Assembly (NCBI GenBank): GCA_963846335.1
Contig: CAWJVS010000004.1
Coordinates: 5,769 to 69,768 of the forward strand
Reading direction: 5' to 3'
Origin: an uncultured Bacteroidales bacterium
GTDB lineage: Bacteria > Bacteroidota > Bacteroidia > Bacteroidales > VadinHA17
Length of the DNA stretch: 64,000 nt
Part shown: positions 1 through 10,982 of the stretch, piece by piece
Layout: each line of letters opens with the position of its first letter
Numbering within the stretch: position 1 is the first letter of the stretch
Notes under the pieces: generated by a model
What the model was told of the DNA's origin: nothing
The model's input: only the letters and a program-made list of their open reading frames with translations
Databases searched by the model: none
Program-made: the position numbers and the translations under genes

Positions 1-233
1 AGATGGCACAGACTATCACGGAACTTGCATTCGATTATCTTGATGCGCCGCCGGTTGTGGTGGGATCACGGAACTGGATCACGCCTGCGTATGAAATGGA
101 AGAGTTTTTCTTCCCTCAGCCTGATTGGATACTCGATGCAATTCATGAAAAGATAATGCCGCTTAAAGGGCATTCGGCCAGTACCGATTATTCTGCAGCC
201 AAATCAATTGCCCTCAATAAGGAAGGGGTATAG
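1..233 (+). CDS. 2-oxoacid/acetoin dehydrogenase E1 beta-like (transketolase C-terminal domain), 3' end only
   Basis: AFDYLDAPPVVVG...P is typical of the E1-beta C-terminus; truncated by window start. Confidence 0.75.
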   Translation, partial: MAQTITELAFDYLDAPPVVVGSRNWITPAYEMEEFFFPQPDWILDAIHEKIMPLKGHSASTDYSAAKSIALNKEGV

Positions 234-281
234 TCTTTTTAGTTGTAACATTTTATTAACCCTATAAACCCATCTTTTTGA

Positions 282-289
282 TATCTTTG
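282..289 (+). promoter_or_regulatory. Bacteroidota sigma70 -7 box
   Basis: TATCTTTG matches TAnnTTTG, 18 nt upstream of ATG 308. Confidence 0.55.
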
Positions 290-307
290 CGGTGAAATTT
301 TTAAAAT

Positions 308-1094
308 ATGGAAAACGCAATTGAAAACATTAAATCAAAAACAGGGTTTATAATCGACATGGATGGAGTAATCTACCACGGAAACATGTTACTCCCCGGA
401 GTGACAGAATTTCTGGCATGGCTTGAAAATTCAGGGAAGAAATATCTTTTTCTTACAAATTCACCGGAAAGAACCCCTAAGGAACTGCATGAAAAACTGA
501 CCAGGCTTGGAATAAACGTGGGAGAAGATCATTTTTACACAAGCGCACTGGCAACGGCGAGTTTCCTTGCAAATCAGAAACCAAACGGAAGTGCTTATAT
601 TATAGGTGATGCAGGTCTTATCCATGCAATGTACAGTGCCGGCTTACACTGTCAATAATGTCAATCCCGACTATGTTGTTGTGGGAGACACCCACAGTTA
701 CAATTTTGAAAAGATAGAGCTGGCCGTAAATCTTGTGATCAGGGGAGCCAAGCTGATTGGTACAAATCCTGATGTGAGCGGTCCCGTTGAAAACGGCATT
801 ACTCCTTCCACGAAGGCCCTGATAGCGCCTATTGAAATTGCTACAGGGAAGAATGCCTATTATGTGGGAAAACCAAATCCTCTCATGATGCGAATTGCAC
901 TGAAGAGGCTCGGTGTGAAAAGAGAGGATGCAATTGTGATAGGCGACAGGATGGATACAGACGTGATCTGCGGGCTTGAATCTGAAATTGACACACTCCT
1001 GGTATTAAGCGGTATCTCTGACCGCAATACAATTGACCAGTTTCCATACCGCCCTCAATACATTCTCAATGGCGTAAAAGACCTTATCAGCTGA
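308..1094 (+). CDS. HAD-IIA family phosphatase (NagD-like), one frameshift near 640
   Basis: DMDGVIY, LTNS, GKPNP and GDRMDTD motifs split across ORFs 308-658 and 606-1094. Confidence 0.85.
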
Positions 1095-1102
1095 TCTGTT
1101 CT

Positions 1103-1742
1103 ATGAATATGGCTGACAAATATAAGGCTGAACGAAAAGAGGTGGCCCGTTTCATGAGACGCCTTTACAAACATGGGCTTACGACAACTTCCGGAGGAAA
1201 TATAAGCCTTCGCATTTCTGATGATCTCATTGTAATTACTCCATCTGCAACTGATAAAGGCAGGATGCGATGGAAAGAGGTCGGACTCATGAATATTTTT
1301 GGAGAGAATCTGACTCCGGAGCTTAAACCATCAATAGAATCGGAGATGCATCTTTCCATTTACAAAAGGAAGAAAGATATAAAAGCCATTGTTCATGCCC
1401 ACCCTGTCTGTGCATCCGCTTTTACTGCCATGAAATCCAAAATTAATACAAGTCTTACTGCTGAAGCTCGTGCAATTCTCGGTGATCCTGTTATTGTCCC
1501 GTATGCCCTTATGGGGACCACTGATCTTGCCTCTGTTGCTGCTGATAATATAATGAATTCAGATATTCTTGCTTCTCGAAAATCATGGCATTCTTACTAC
1601 CGGCGCCAGTCTCCTGCAGGCATTTGATAAAATTGAAGTACTCGAAAATGCTGCTAAAATGACTCTCATTGTTGAAATGACCGGCAAGAAAAGTCCGCTC
1701 ACCAGGGAAAGAATTCTGCAAATTGACAAATTTTTCAGATGA
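1103..1742 (+). CDS. class II aldolase/adducin family protein, frameshift near 1568
   Basis: GGNIS, TPS, PSIE..MH, HAHP; LLENHG continues in the shifted frame to TGA 1740-1742, overlapping the next ATG. Confidence 0.85.
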
Positions 1743-2385
1743 TAAAAGGAGTTCTCTTTGATATGGATGGTGTTCTTGTTGATTCTGAACCTTATATCTG
1801 CAAGGCTGCAATAATGATGTTCGAAGAACTGGGCATCAGAGTAATACCTGAGGATTTCCATCCATTCGTGGGAATGGGAGAAAACAGGTATATCGGAGGT
1901 GTTGCTGAGAATCATGGTGTCAGTGTTGATATTGAAAAGGTCAAAGCCAGGACCTATGAAATTTATGAAAATATAGTACGTGGCAATCTGACTCCACTTC
2001 CGGGAGCTGCATAAGTTCATCTCCGAATGCAGGAAAAGAGGCTTCAGGCTGGCATTGGCTACCAGTGCCGACAGGGTGAAGATGGAGGTTAATTTAAGGG
2101 AGATCGGATTGACATCAGATACATTTCAATCCATTGTTACCGGCCTGGATGTCAAAAACAAAAAACCATTTCCGGATATTTACATAATGGCAGCTGAAAG
2201 AATCGGACTTAACCCTCATCATTGTCTTGTTGTTGAAGATGCTGTCAGCGGAATAAAAGCCGGAAAATCAGCCGGATGCAGATGTCTTGGACTGACTACC
2301 TCATTCGAAGCTGAAGTTCTCGCTGAAGCTGACTGGATATGCGGATACATTAGCAACCGTCCCGGATGAAGCAATAAATTGGTAA
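1739..2385 (+). CDS. HAD-IA phosphatase (beta-PGM-like), frameshifts near 2010 and 2348
   Basis: FDMDGVLVDSE, ATS, KPFPDIY, VVEDA..GI motifs. Confidence 0.85.
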
Positions 2386-2403
2386 TAAATAAAATATATT
2401 GAC

Positions 2404-3404
2404 ATGGAACACAAAACTCTCGGACAATCTGATATTAAAGTCTCCGAACTGGCATTTGGAGCATGGGCCATCGGAGGCTGGCTCTGGGGAGGAGCTGATT
2501 CAAATGATGCAATTAAGGCAGTTGAGACTGCAGTAGATAATGGCATGACAACTATCGATACTGCTGCAGTTTATGGGTTCGGTCTGAGTGAGGAGCTTGT
2601 TGGAAAAGCGGTTAAAGGTAAAAGAGACAAGGTTCAGATTCTTACTAAATTTGGATTGATATGGGATGAAAAAAAGGGACAATTCTACTTTTCATCCAAG
2701 GACAACTCAGGGAAAACCTATTGATATACACAGTTATTCTTCCAAAGACAGAGTGATAAGTGACTGTGATGCAAGTCTTAAACGACTTGGTACCGATTAT
2801 ATCGACCTGTACCAGATTCACTGGCCGGATTCGACTACCCCGGTGTCAGAGACAATGGAAGCTCTTGAAATCCTTCAAAAAAAAGGAAAAATAAGGGCAG
2901 GTGGGGTAAGCAACTATTCTGTTGACCTGATGACAGATGCAAATAAAACACTACAAAATAGCCTCCAACCAGGTTCCATACAGCATGGTAAACCGTGGCA
3001 TTGAGAATGAAATTATACCATACTGCATAAGCAATAATATCGGTATTCTCGCATACAGTCCGCTTCAGAGAGGTCTCCTTACCGGCAAAATAAAACATGG
3101 ACACAATTTCGGACATGGAGACAGCAGGCCCGACACTATATACTATAAGGAGCCAAACCTCTCAAGAATTCTTCAACTTACTGATAATCTCAGGGAGCTG
3201 GCAAATGAACTTAACGTTACACTTTCCCAGCTCGTTCTTAACTGGACAATGGAACAACCCGGTATTACCTGCACATTGGCTGGCGCCAGAAACGATACCC
3301 AGGTACTTGACAATATTAAAGCAGTTGATTTTCAGCTCACAAATGAGGAGATGGAAAAAATAACCAGTCTGCTCTCCAATCTTAAGTTAGAGACAAAAAA
3401 ATAA
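2404..3404 (+). CDS. aldo/keto reductase, two frameshifts
   Basis: FGAWAIGG, IDTAAVYGFG.SE, SLKRLGTDYIDLYQIHWPD, GVSN, YSPL.RGLLTGK. Confidence 0.88.
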
Positions 3405-3412
3405 AATCGTTT

Positions 3413-4648
3413 ATGAAGCATTTCCTTACCGGCTATCCCTCCATTCGATAAACTGCAAAAAGAGATGAATGGGATTTCTTTACCTGAATATCGTGAAGCA
3501 AATGCACATATACATACTCCGTATTCCTTCAGCGCTTTTTCAGATCTGGATTCGATTTTTAAGATGGCAGTGAGTGAGAAAGTTACAGTACTGGGCATTA
3601 ACGATTTCTATGTAACAGATGGTTATGATTCATTTCATAAAGGATGCATTGAAAACAAGATTTTTCCCCTGTTCAATATTGAATTTATTGGATTACTGAA
3701 AGAGGAACAAAAGAACGGTATAAGAATCAATGATCCTAATAATCCCGGAAGGATCTATTTCAGCGGGAAAGGTCTTGATTATCCGTTTCATACGGGATTT
3801 ATGCTCAGGAAGCAGCTGAAAAGTGTGATCAGGGAGAGCCAGATACAGATAAAAGCGATGATATCGAAAACTTAACCTGCTGATTGAACCGTATTGACCC
3901 CTCGCTGAAGTTTTCTTACGAAAAGATAAAGAAAGAATTTGCACATGATCTTGTGAGGGAACGGCATATAGCAAAGGCTATAAGGACTCTGGCAATGAAG
4001 GAGTTCCCAACTCCGGAAGAGCAGCTTCATTTCATTGAAACCCTTTATGGCGGAAAAAAATCAAAAACCGGTTTATCCAATCCGGCTGCTCTTGAAAATG
4101 AGATCCGGTCAAATCTTCTGAAAAGCGGAGGAGCCGCCTTTGTGAAGGAGGATGACAGGTCGTTCCTGGAACTCAGAAAGATCATCAGGATCATAGTAAA
4201 GGCCGGAGGTATACCCTGCTATCCTGTGTTGCTTGATGATCCATCCGGGAAATTCACTGAATTCGAATCTGATCCGGAAAAACTTTTCCTTTCGCTCAAG
4301 GATCTCGGAATAGAATGTATTGAACTTATCCCGGGACGAAACGATTTCGCTATTCTTAAGAATTTTGTTGAATTTTTTCATAAGAAAGGATTTATAGTCA
4401 CCTTTGGCACTGAACATAATACTCCGGAGATGATACCCCTGACTGTGACAACCAGGGGTTCTGTACCACTGGACGAAACGTTGAAAAAGATTGGATGGGA
4501 AGGGGCCTGTATTATTGCCGCTCATCAGTATCTGAGGGCGGACGGAAGACAAGGATATGTATTACCCGATGGCACACACAGTATAAAACAGATGAGAGAA
4601 CTGGTAAATCTTGGACAATTGGTGATTGAATACTTTTTAAATCAGTAA
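3413..4648 (+). CDS. PHP-domain metal-dependent phosphoesterase-like protein, frameshifts near 3450 and 3880
   Basis: HIHTPYSF, GINDF, IELIP.RN, GTEHN; ATG 3413 then ORFs 3465-3875 and 3884-4648. Confidence 0.7.
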
Positions 4649-4652
4649 TGAC

Positions 4653-6629
4653 ATGAAGCGGGAAATTAAAGGATCTGATTGAGATTTCAAGGTACTACGG
4701 AAGCAATAAGGATTATGTGATAGCCGGAGGTGGAAACACTTCATTCAAGGATGATGAAACCATATGGATAAAAGCAAGCGGTCAGTCACTGGCTGAAATG
4801 ACGGAAGAAGGCCTTGTAGCCCTGAACCGGGAAAAACTTCATGTTATATCTTCAAATACTTATTCGGATGATCCCTCAACCAGGGAAGAGGAGGTAAAGG
4901 CCGACATGCTGCTAAGCATTCTTGATCCGGCAAGTAACAAACGTCCTTCCGTAGAAACATCCCTTCATGAGATCATCAGGTATAAATTTATTGTGCACCT
5001 CCATCCCACCCTGATCAATGGCATTCTTTGCAGCAGGAATGCAAGGAACCTGATCCAGAAGCTATTCAGCGACACTGTCCTTTTTGTGCCGTATACTGAT
5101 CCCGGTTATATTCTTTTCAAAAAACTGGAAGCTGAAATAATGAGTTACCGGCAGAAGTTTCTCCACGATCCGAAAATTATTTTCCTTGAAAATCACGGAG
5201 TCTTCGTTGGTGCAGATTCAACTGAGGAGATAAAGCAAATTTACAGTGAAATAATTCAGAAAAATAGGGGAAGAGATCTCTCCTGTTTCGGACATAACGC
5301 CTATCCCCTACAATCCGCTGCTTCACAAAGTACTGCCTGCGCTCAGGATGCTGCTATCCGTAGATCAGCCCGGGGTAATAAGGTTCAGGAATAACTCCCT
5401 AATCGCTAGATTTTATCAGAATCAGAATGAGTTTCATAAGATCTCACTGCCTCTTACACCCGACATTATAGTCTATTGCAAGACCAGGTATTTGTATATT
5501 GATCATTCTTCCACAGCAGAAAAAATCCTTGACTCTTTCAGGTACCAGCTGCCACATTTCATCAGTGAATATGGGTACAAGCCAAAGGTGCTTGTAATCA
5601 AAGATATGGGAATTTTCGCAGTTGCTGAAAGCTTTGCTTCGGCAGAAGCATGTCTTGATGTATACGAAGACCTGATCAGGATCAGTTACTATGCTTCCCA
5701 ATGTGGCGGCATCAAATTTCTGTCACCGGAACAGGTAGCATTCATCGATCAGTGGGAAGTTGAGAACTACAGGAGAAAGGTATCGCAGACTGGCAGGTCA
5801 GGAAACAAACTCAGCAACAAAATCGCTATTGTAACAGGAGGAGCCCAGGGATTTGGCGCCGGGATAGCCGAGGCTCTTATGGTTTAAACCTCAATGTGGT
5901 GATTGCCGATCTGAATGAGGAAACCGGAAGTTCCTTTGCATCCACGTCATGAACTCGGCAAAAGGGTCAAATAAAGCAATATTTGTCAAAACAGATGTAT
6001 CAGATCCTGCTTCGGTTAAAGAACTGTTGATCTCTACTGTAAGAGAGTTCGGAGGTCTTGATATTATTGTCAGTAATGCTGGTATTTTAAAGGCAGGCGG
6101 GCTTGATGAGATGGATCCTGATACATTTGCCAGGACAACAGATGTCAACTACAATGGATATTTTCACTGTGTAAAATATGCATCGGAAGTCATGAAGCTT
6201 CAGAATCAGGAAAATCCGGATTATTTTACGGATATAATCCAGATAAATTCTAAATCCGGACTCCGCGGAAGCAACAGGAACTTTGCATATGCCGGCGCCA
6301 AATTCGGAGGTATTGGCCTCACCCAGTCCTTTGCCATGGAGCTTGCTCCTTACAGGATTAAGGTAAATTCGATCTGTCCGGGTAATTTCTATGAAGGCCC
6401 CCTGTGGTCTGATCCCCATAACGGATTATTTGTCCAGTACCTTAAAACCGGAAAGGTCCCGGGCGCAAAGACAATTGAGGATGTAAGGAAATTCTATGAA
6501 GACCAGGTACCTATGAAAAGGGGCTGCAGACTGGAAGATGTTATGAAGGCACTTTTATATATTATAGACCAGGAGTATGAAACAGGACAGGCAGTACCCG
6601 TTACCGGGGGACAGGTGATGCTGGGGTAG
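4653..6629 (+). CDS. bifunctional class II aldolase / SDR dehydrogenase (SrlD-like C-terminus), several frameshifts
   Basis: N-terminal GGGNTS.K, PSVET.LH, HLHP, LENHG; C-terminal TGGAQGFG, SNAG, INSKSG, YAGAKFGG, TGQ...VTGGQ. Confidence 0.8.
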
Positions 6630-6660
6630 TTTTGAGCGCTAGGGCGGAGAGAGTGCGAAG

Positions 6661-6741
6661 TGAGAGACTGAGAGACATAGAGACTGAGGGACTGAGTGAA
6701 ATTACTCAGTGAAACCCGTGAAAACTCTGTGATACTCCGTG
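6661..6741. repeat. composite short-repeat element: (GAGAGACT)n-like tract, hairpin and four CTCnGTG-like units
   Basis: tgagagactgagagacatagagactgagggactgagt; hairpin ACTGAGT-gaaatt-ACTCAGT; actcagtg/acccgtg/actctgtg/actccgtg. Confidence 0.65.
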
Positions 6742-6762
6742 TTAAATAAATATATAAATAAA

Positions 6763-8025
6763 ATGAAAACAAAAGCAGTTAGAATTTACGGGAAGAAGGA
6801 TCTGAGGCTTGATGAATTTGAGCTCCCGGAACTGAAGGATGATGAGATCCTTGCACATGTTATTTCCGACAGTATATGTATGTCCTCTCACAAAGCCGCC
6901 CTGCAGGGTGCTGATCACAAGCGCGTTCCAGACGATATTCATATAAATCCCACAATTATTGGCCATGAATTTGCCGGAGTAATCCTGGAAGTTGGGAAGA
7001 AATGGCAACATAAATTCAAAGCCGGGCAGAAGTTTTCTATTCAGCCAGCGATGAACCAGACCGGTTCCCTCAATGCTCCGGGCTATTCTTTCCGTTATAT
7101 AGGCGGTGACGCGACACATGTTATTATTCCATCTCTGGTAATGGAGGCTGATTGCCTTCTTGCCTATGACGGAGAGGCATTCTTCCCTGCATCCCTCTCA
7201 GAACCCATGTCATGCATTATCGGTGCATTTCATGCCAGTTATCATATTCCGCCAGGAACCTACATCCACGAAATGGGGATAAGAGAAGGCGGAAAGATGG
7301 CTATTCTGGCCGGTGTCGGGCCCATGGGGCTTGGAGCTATTGATTATGCACTTCATCAGAAGAGGAAACCCTCTGTGATCGTCGTCACAGATATAGATGA
7401 TAACCGGCTGGCAAGGGCATCATGCCTTTTTACACCAGAACATGCAGCAACAGAGGGTATCAGATTGATGTATGTGAATACAGGCAAGGTGGACGATCCT
7501 GTCAGACATCTTCGGGAATTAACCGGTGGAACAGGATTTGATGACGTTTTTATTTTTGCTCCTGTCAAATCAGTTATTGAACAGGGTGATGCAATACTTG
7601 GCTTTGACGGGTGCCTCAATTTCTTTGCTGGTCCCACCAATCCGGAATTCAAAGCTGAATTCAATTTCTACAACGTTCATTATTCATTCACTCATATTGT
7701 CGGAACTTCAGGCGGGAATACTGATGATATGAGGGAATCCCTGCAGCTCATGAGCGAGGGGAAGATCAATCCTGCTGTGATGATCACTCATGTGGGAGGC
7801 CTGGATGCTGTTGTTGAGACCACACTGAACCTGCCCGGAATTCCAGGCGGTAAAAAGCTTATTTATACAAACATATCTATGCCGCTTGTATCCCTTTACA
7901 AGCTTGGAGAATTGGGGGCAAAAGACAAATTCTATGCAGGGCTCCACAAAATCGTTGCAGAAAACGATTACATATGGTCGCTTGAGGCAGAGAAATACCT
8001 GCTTGCAAACGCAAAACCAATCTGA
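6763..8025 (+). CDS. L-sorbose-1-phosphate reductase-like zinc-binding dehydrogenase (SorE-like)
   Basis: MKTKAVRIYGK.DLRL..FELP, DSICMS, GHEFAG, GPMG.GAIDY, GTSGGNTDDM, PGGKKLIY. Confidence 0.8.
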   Translation: MKTKAVRIYGKKDLRLDEFELPELKDDEILAHVISDSICMSSHKAALQGADHKRVPDDIHINPTIIGHEFAGVILEVGKKWQHKFKAGQKFSIQPAMNQTGSLNAPGYSFRYIGGDATHVIIPSLVMEADCLLAYDGEAFFPASLSEPMSCIIGAFHASYHIPPGTYIHEMGIREGGKMAILAGVGPMGLGAIDYALHQKRKPSVIVVTDIDDNRLARASCLFTPEHAATEGIRLMYVNTGKVDDPVRHLRELTGGTGFDDVFIFAPVKSVIEQGDAILGFDGCLNFFAGPTNPEFKAEFNFYNVHYSFTHIVGTSGGNTDDMRESLQLMSEGKINPAVMITHVGGLDAVVETTLNLPGIPGGKKLIYTNISMPLVSLYKLGELGAKDKFYAGLHKIVAENDYIWSLEAEKYLLANAKPI

Positions 8026-8052
8026 GCGATAGCGCGAGACAGACTTAAAGTC

Positions 8053-8114
8053 CGCTGGCGCGGATTTGTAATCCGTGCTTTTTTTTTGGCACGAGTTACA
8101 AACTCGCGCCAGCG
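8053..8114. repeat. inverted REP doublet (REPIN-like) between convergent genes, possibly also a terminator
   Basis: CGCTGGCGCGGATTTGTAATCCGTGC (8053-8078), T-tract, then GCACGAGTTACAAACTCGCGCCAGCG (8089-8114). Confidence 0.8.
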
Positions 8115-8121
8115 ACAAACA

Positions 8122-9045
8122 TTATGTATTCTTCAGTTCTCTTGCGAATTCCGTAGAGATATAGTTTTCATAGCTCAGACAGACATGCGTTGCAAATGCA
8201 ACAGCTGTTTCAATCACGTCAGACCATTCATCCCGGGATAGTTTTTCAAGTTGTTCCATTTTTATGGCTTTACGATATATTGATGTGAGTATCCCGGCAT
8301 TGAAATTATCCCCGGCTCCAATCGTACTTACCGGAACAATGCTCCTTACAGGAAATTTTCCTGAGAAAGACGGAGTCCTTACAAAAACGCCCTCTGTATT
8401 TGCTGTATAAACGAGACATTTACTATAATTTCTCACCTCATCCCACGCCTCATCCGGACTGTTTACACCAAAAATATTTCTGAAATCCTCATCTGATCCC
8501 CTTACCAGACTGGCAAACTTCATATTCTCAATTATAAGTGGTTTAAGCTGACCAAGTTCTGAAAGATGGCTCTTCCGGAAATTCGGATCATAAAGAACCA
8601 GTGCCCCTTTCTCATTAGCTCCACGCACAAACATTTTGAACTTCTCCCGGATCTCTGGCCATATTGCATAGAAGGATCCGCATTGTACAATATCATCCGG
8701 TCTGATGGCAGGGAAGTCAATATCGAGCCGTTTCCCGGGATAATCCTTGTAAAAAGTGTAATGTGCATCGTTCTTCTCATCCAGAAATGCAAGTGCAAGC
8801 GCAGTACTTCCCTTTTGATAACGATGCACAGAAGAAGTGTCAACTCCGTTTTTCCGGAGAAAATCATCAATCAGTTTTCCGACATCATCAGCTCCATATT
8901 CACTTATGAAAGATACCGGCAATCCCATTCGTCCCATTGATACCATACTGTTCAGAACAGAACCGCCTGCCTTTGCTGCCTGGGGCTGCCCATCCTTGAA
9001 AATAATATCAAGAACAGTCTCGCCTATTCCATATATTTTTCTCAT
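8122..9045 (-). CDS. PfkB family carbohydrate kinase (fructokinase-like)
   Basis: GIGET..D, GGS..N, YDPNFR, STIGAGDNFNAG. Confidence 0.9.
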   Translation of the reverse strand: MRKIYGIGETVLDIIFKDGQPQAAKAGGSVLNSMVSMGRMGLPVSFISEYGADDVGKLIDDFLRKNGVDTSSVHRYQKGSTALALAFLDEKNDAHYTFYKDYPGKRLDIDFPAIRPDDIVQCGSFYAIWPEIREKFKMFVRGANEKGALVLYDPNFRKSHLSELGQLKPLIIENMKFASLVRGSDEDFRNIFGVNSPDEAWDEVRNYSKCLVYTANTEGVFVRTPSFSGKFPVRSIVPVSTIGAGDNFNAGILTSIYRKAIKMEQLEKLSRDEWSDVIETAVAFATHVCLSYENYISTEFARELKNT

Positions 9046-9052
9046 ATAATTA

Positions 9053-9595
9053 TCATTTTACAATTCCTGAAATACTTTTAAATATCTCATTACCAGCAAC
9101 ACGCGCAAGTTCAAAAAGCAGGCTCTCCATGGTTGTTATCGTGGCTCCCTCCTGCCGCATCCGTTCAATTGCTATATGCTTGTCATTTGGTTTTCGTGAA
9201 GAGACACAATCTTCTACAACTACAGGTCTTCTGCCGCCTGCGAGAAGATCGAGGCAGGTTTGAAGGACGCATACATGCGATTCAATCCCACAGATTATTA
9301 TATCCGTTTTGCCCAGTAAATCTATCTCCTTTTTAAAAGCCGGCTCTTCATAGCAGCTGAAGGAGATCTTTTCAATATATCTGAATTCAGGAAACAGCTG
9401 TATTACTGAGGGAACAGTCGGTCCAAGACCTTTTGTATATTGTTGTGTAACTATTACAGGCACAGACAGGATCTTCAAACCTTCAATGAGCTTCAGACAG
9501 TTCCTGAGTATCATGTCACCTTCATGAATATGCGGTAAAAGCCTCTCCTGTATATCAACCACTACAGCCGCAGTTTTTTCTCTTAATATCCTCAT
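9053..9595 (-). CDS. isochorismatase family hydrolase
   Basis: VVVDIQERL, TQQY..GLG.T, K..FSC, GIESHVCVLQT. Confidence 0.9.
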   Translation of the reverse strand: MRILREKTAAVVVDIQERLLPHIHEGDMILRNCLKLIEGLKILSVPVIVTQQYTKGLGPTVPSVIQLFPEFRYIEKISFSCYEEPAFKKEIDLLGKTDIIICGIESHVCVLQTCLDLLAGGRRPVVVEDCVSSRKPNDKHIAIERMRQEGATITTMESLLFELARVAGNEIFKSISGIVK

Positions 9596-9640
9596 GATAG
9601 TTGATTTATTGTGTCTGCTCCAATAAGTTTAATCATCCTG

Positions 9641-9736
9641 TTGCCACCAAGCCACAAAGACACCAAGTTTCACAAAGAGTAAATCAATAATGACATATTC
9701 TTGGTGTAACTTTGCGCCTTGGTGCCTTTGTGGCAA
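9641..9736. repeat. palindromic element with 4x CACnAAG per arm
   Basis: left arm CACCAAG/CACAAAG/CACCAAG/CACAAAG; right arm CTTGGTG/CTTTGCG/CTTGGTG/CTTTGTG; outer TTGCCAC...GTGGCAA. Confidence 0.8.
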
Positions 9737-9898
9737 AAGACTTCTTGCTGCAGATTCAATTATTATACTTTTTGACTGAATTTAATATTGGGTGAATTTA
9801 ATAAATTTTATCCTTGAACTGTAGCAGGATTTTTTGTATGTGTTTAGTGAATTACAATTGTTTCATTACTTTTATAATTCTGATAAATTAGAAATATT

Positions 9899-10933
9899 AT
9901 GAAAGCAATGATGCTCACAGGGATCAGGCAGATGGAGATGAAGGAGATTGCTGAACCTATGCTGATAAAACCGAATGATGTCAGGATAAAAATGTCCGTT
10001 GTCGGGATCTGCGGATCGGATATCCATTACTATACGCAGGGACAGATCGGTTCCCAGGTGGTGGAATATCCTTTTGCAGTGGGCCATGAAGGAGCTGGCG
10101 TAGTTGTCGGGACCGGAAAGGATGTAAAGAGGGTAAAACCAGGCGATGCTATTGCAATCGAGCCTGCCATGCCATGCTGGGAATGTGATCAGTGTCTTTC
10201 GGGAAGACACCATACCTGCAGGAAACTGAGGTTCCTTGGGTGTCCGGGACAGGCTGAAGGGTGCCTGACGGAGTACATTGTGATGCCGGAGGATAGTTGC
10301 TTTCCTCTTGGAAAAGGGTTAAGCCCTGATCATGGTTCTATCTCTGAACCACTCGCCATCGGCATATATGCAGTTAAGAAATCGGGGGGAGTGAAAGGTG
10401 CGGATGTCGGCATATTAGGTTATGGCCCGATAGGGATGAGCGTGATGCTGGCAGCCAAAGCAGAAGGAGCAGGATCATTTACAGTGACCGATAAAATTCA
10501 GCCCAGACTGGCTGTCGCTTTAAAGGAAGGGGCATCATCACTTTTCAATCCGCTTGAAGAAGATTTTACTTCAATGATAAAAAGGCATCATCCTTTCGGA
10601 CTGGATGTGGTATTTGAATGCTGCGGCCAGCAGGAAGCGCTTGACCAGGCTATCGATGTTCTTAAACCGGGAGGACGACTGGTAGTTGTCGGAATACCTG
10701 AATTCGATCGCTGGGAGATGAGTGTTGAGCTGACACGGCGGAAAGAGATCTCCCTGCAGTTCATACGCCGTCAGGTTGACTGTGTGGAGGAGGCTCTTGA
10801 AATGATGGAGAACGGAAAAATAAATATATCCAACATGGTAACACACAGGTTTCCGTTCGAAAAGACAAAAGAGGCATTTGACCTCGTTGCAGCCTACGGG
10901 GATGGAGTCATGAAAGCTATGATCGACTTTTAA
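9899..10933 (+). CDS. zinc-dependent polyol dehydrogenase (sorbitol/L-iditol dehydrogenase-like)
   Basis: GICGSDIHYY, GHE, C..C..C....C structural Zn site, G.GPIG. Confidence 0.9.
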   Translation: MKAMMLTGIRQMEMKEIAEPMLIKPNDVRIKMSVVGICGSDIHYYTQGQIGSQVVEYPFAVGHEGAGVVVGTGKDVKRVKPGDAIAIEPAMPCWECDQCLSGRHHTCRKLRFLGCPGQAEGCLTEYIVMPEDSCFPLGKGLSPDHGSISEPLAIGIYAVKKSGGVKGADVGILGYGPIGMSVMLAAKAEGAGSFTVTDKIQPRLAVALKEGASSLFNPLEEDFTSMIKRHHPFGLDVVFECCGQQEALDQAIDVLKPGGRLVVVGIPEFDRWEMSVELTRRKEISLQFIRRQVDCVEEALEMMENGKINISNMVTHRFPFEKTKEAFDLVAAYGDGVMKAMIDF

Positions 10934-10982
10934 TAAGGGTGAGCAAACTTAAACTTTGTTTCCCCTGTGTTTAAAGTACAAT

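Noticed and set aside
308-6629. Pseudogenes or programmed frameshifting in the many split ORFs
   Set aside because: Breaks are scattered single-base indels with intact catalytic motifs and no consistent slippery site; sequencing error is more likely
6739-6762. GTG start and N-terminal extension of the SorE-like gene given by the ORF track
   Set aside because: The GTG lies in the repeat arm; ATG 6763 gives the family-typical MKTKAVR start
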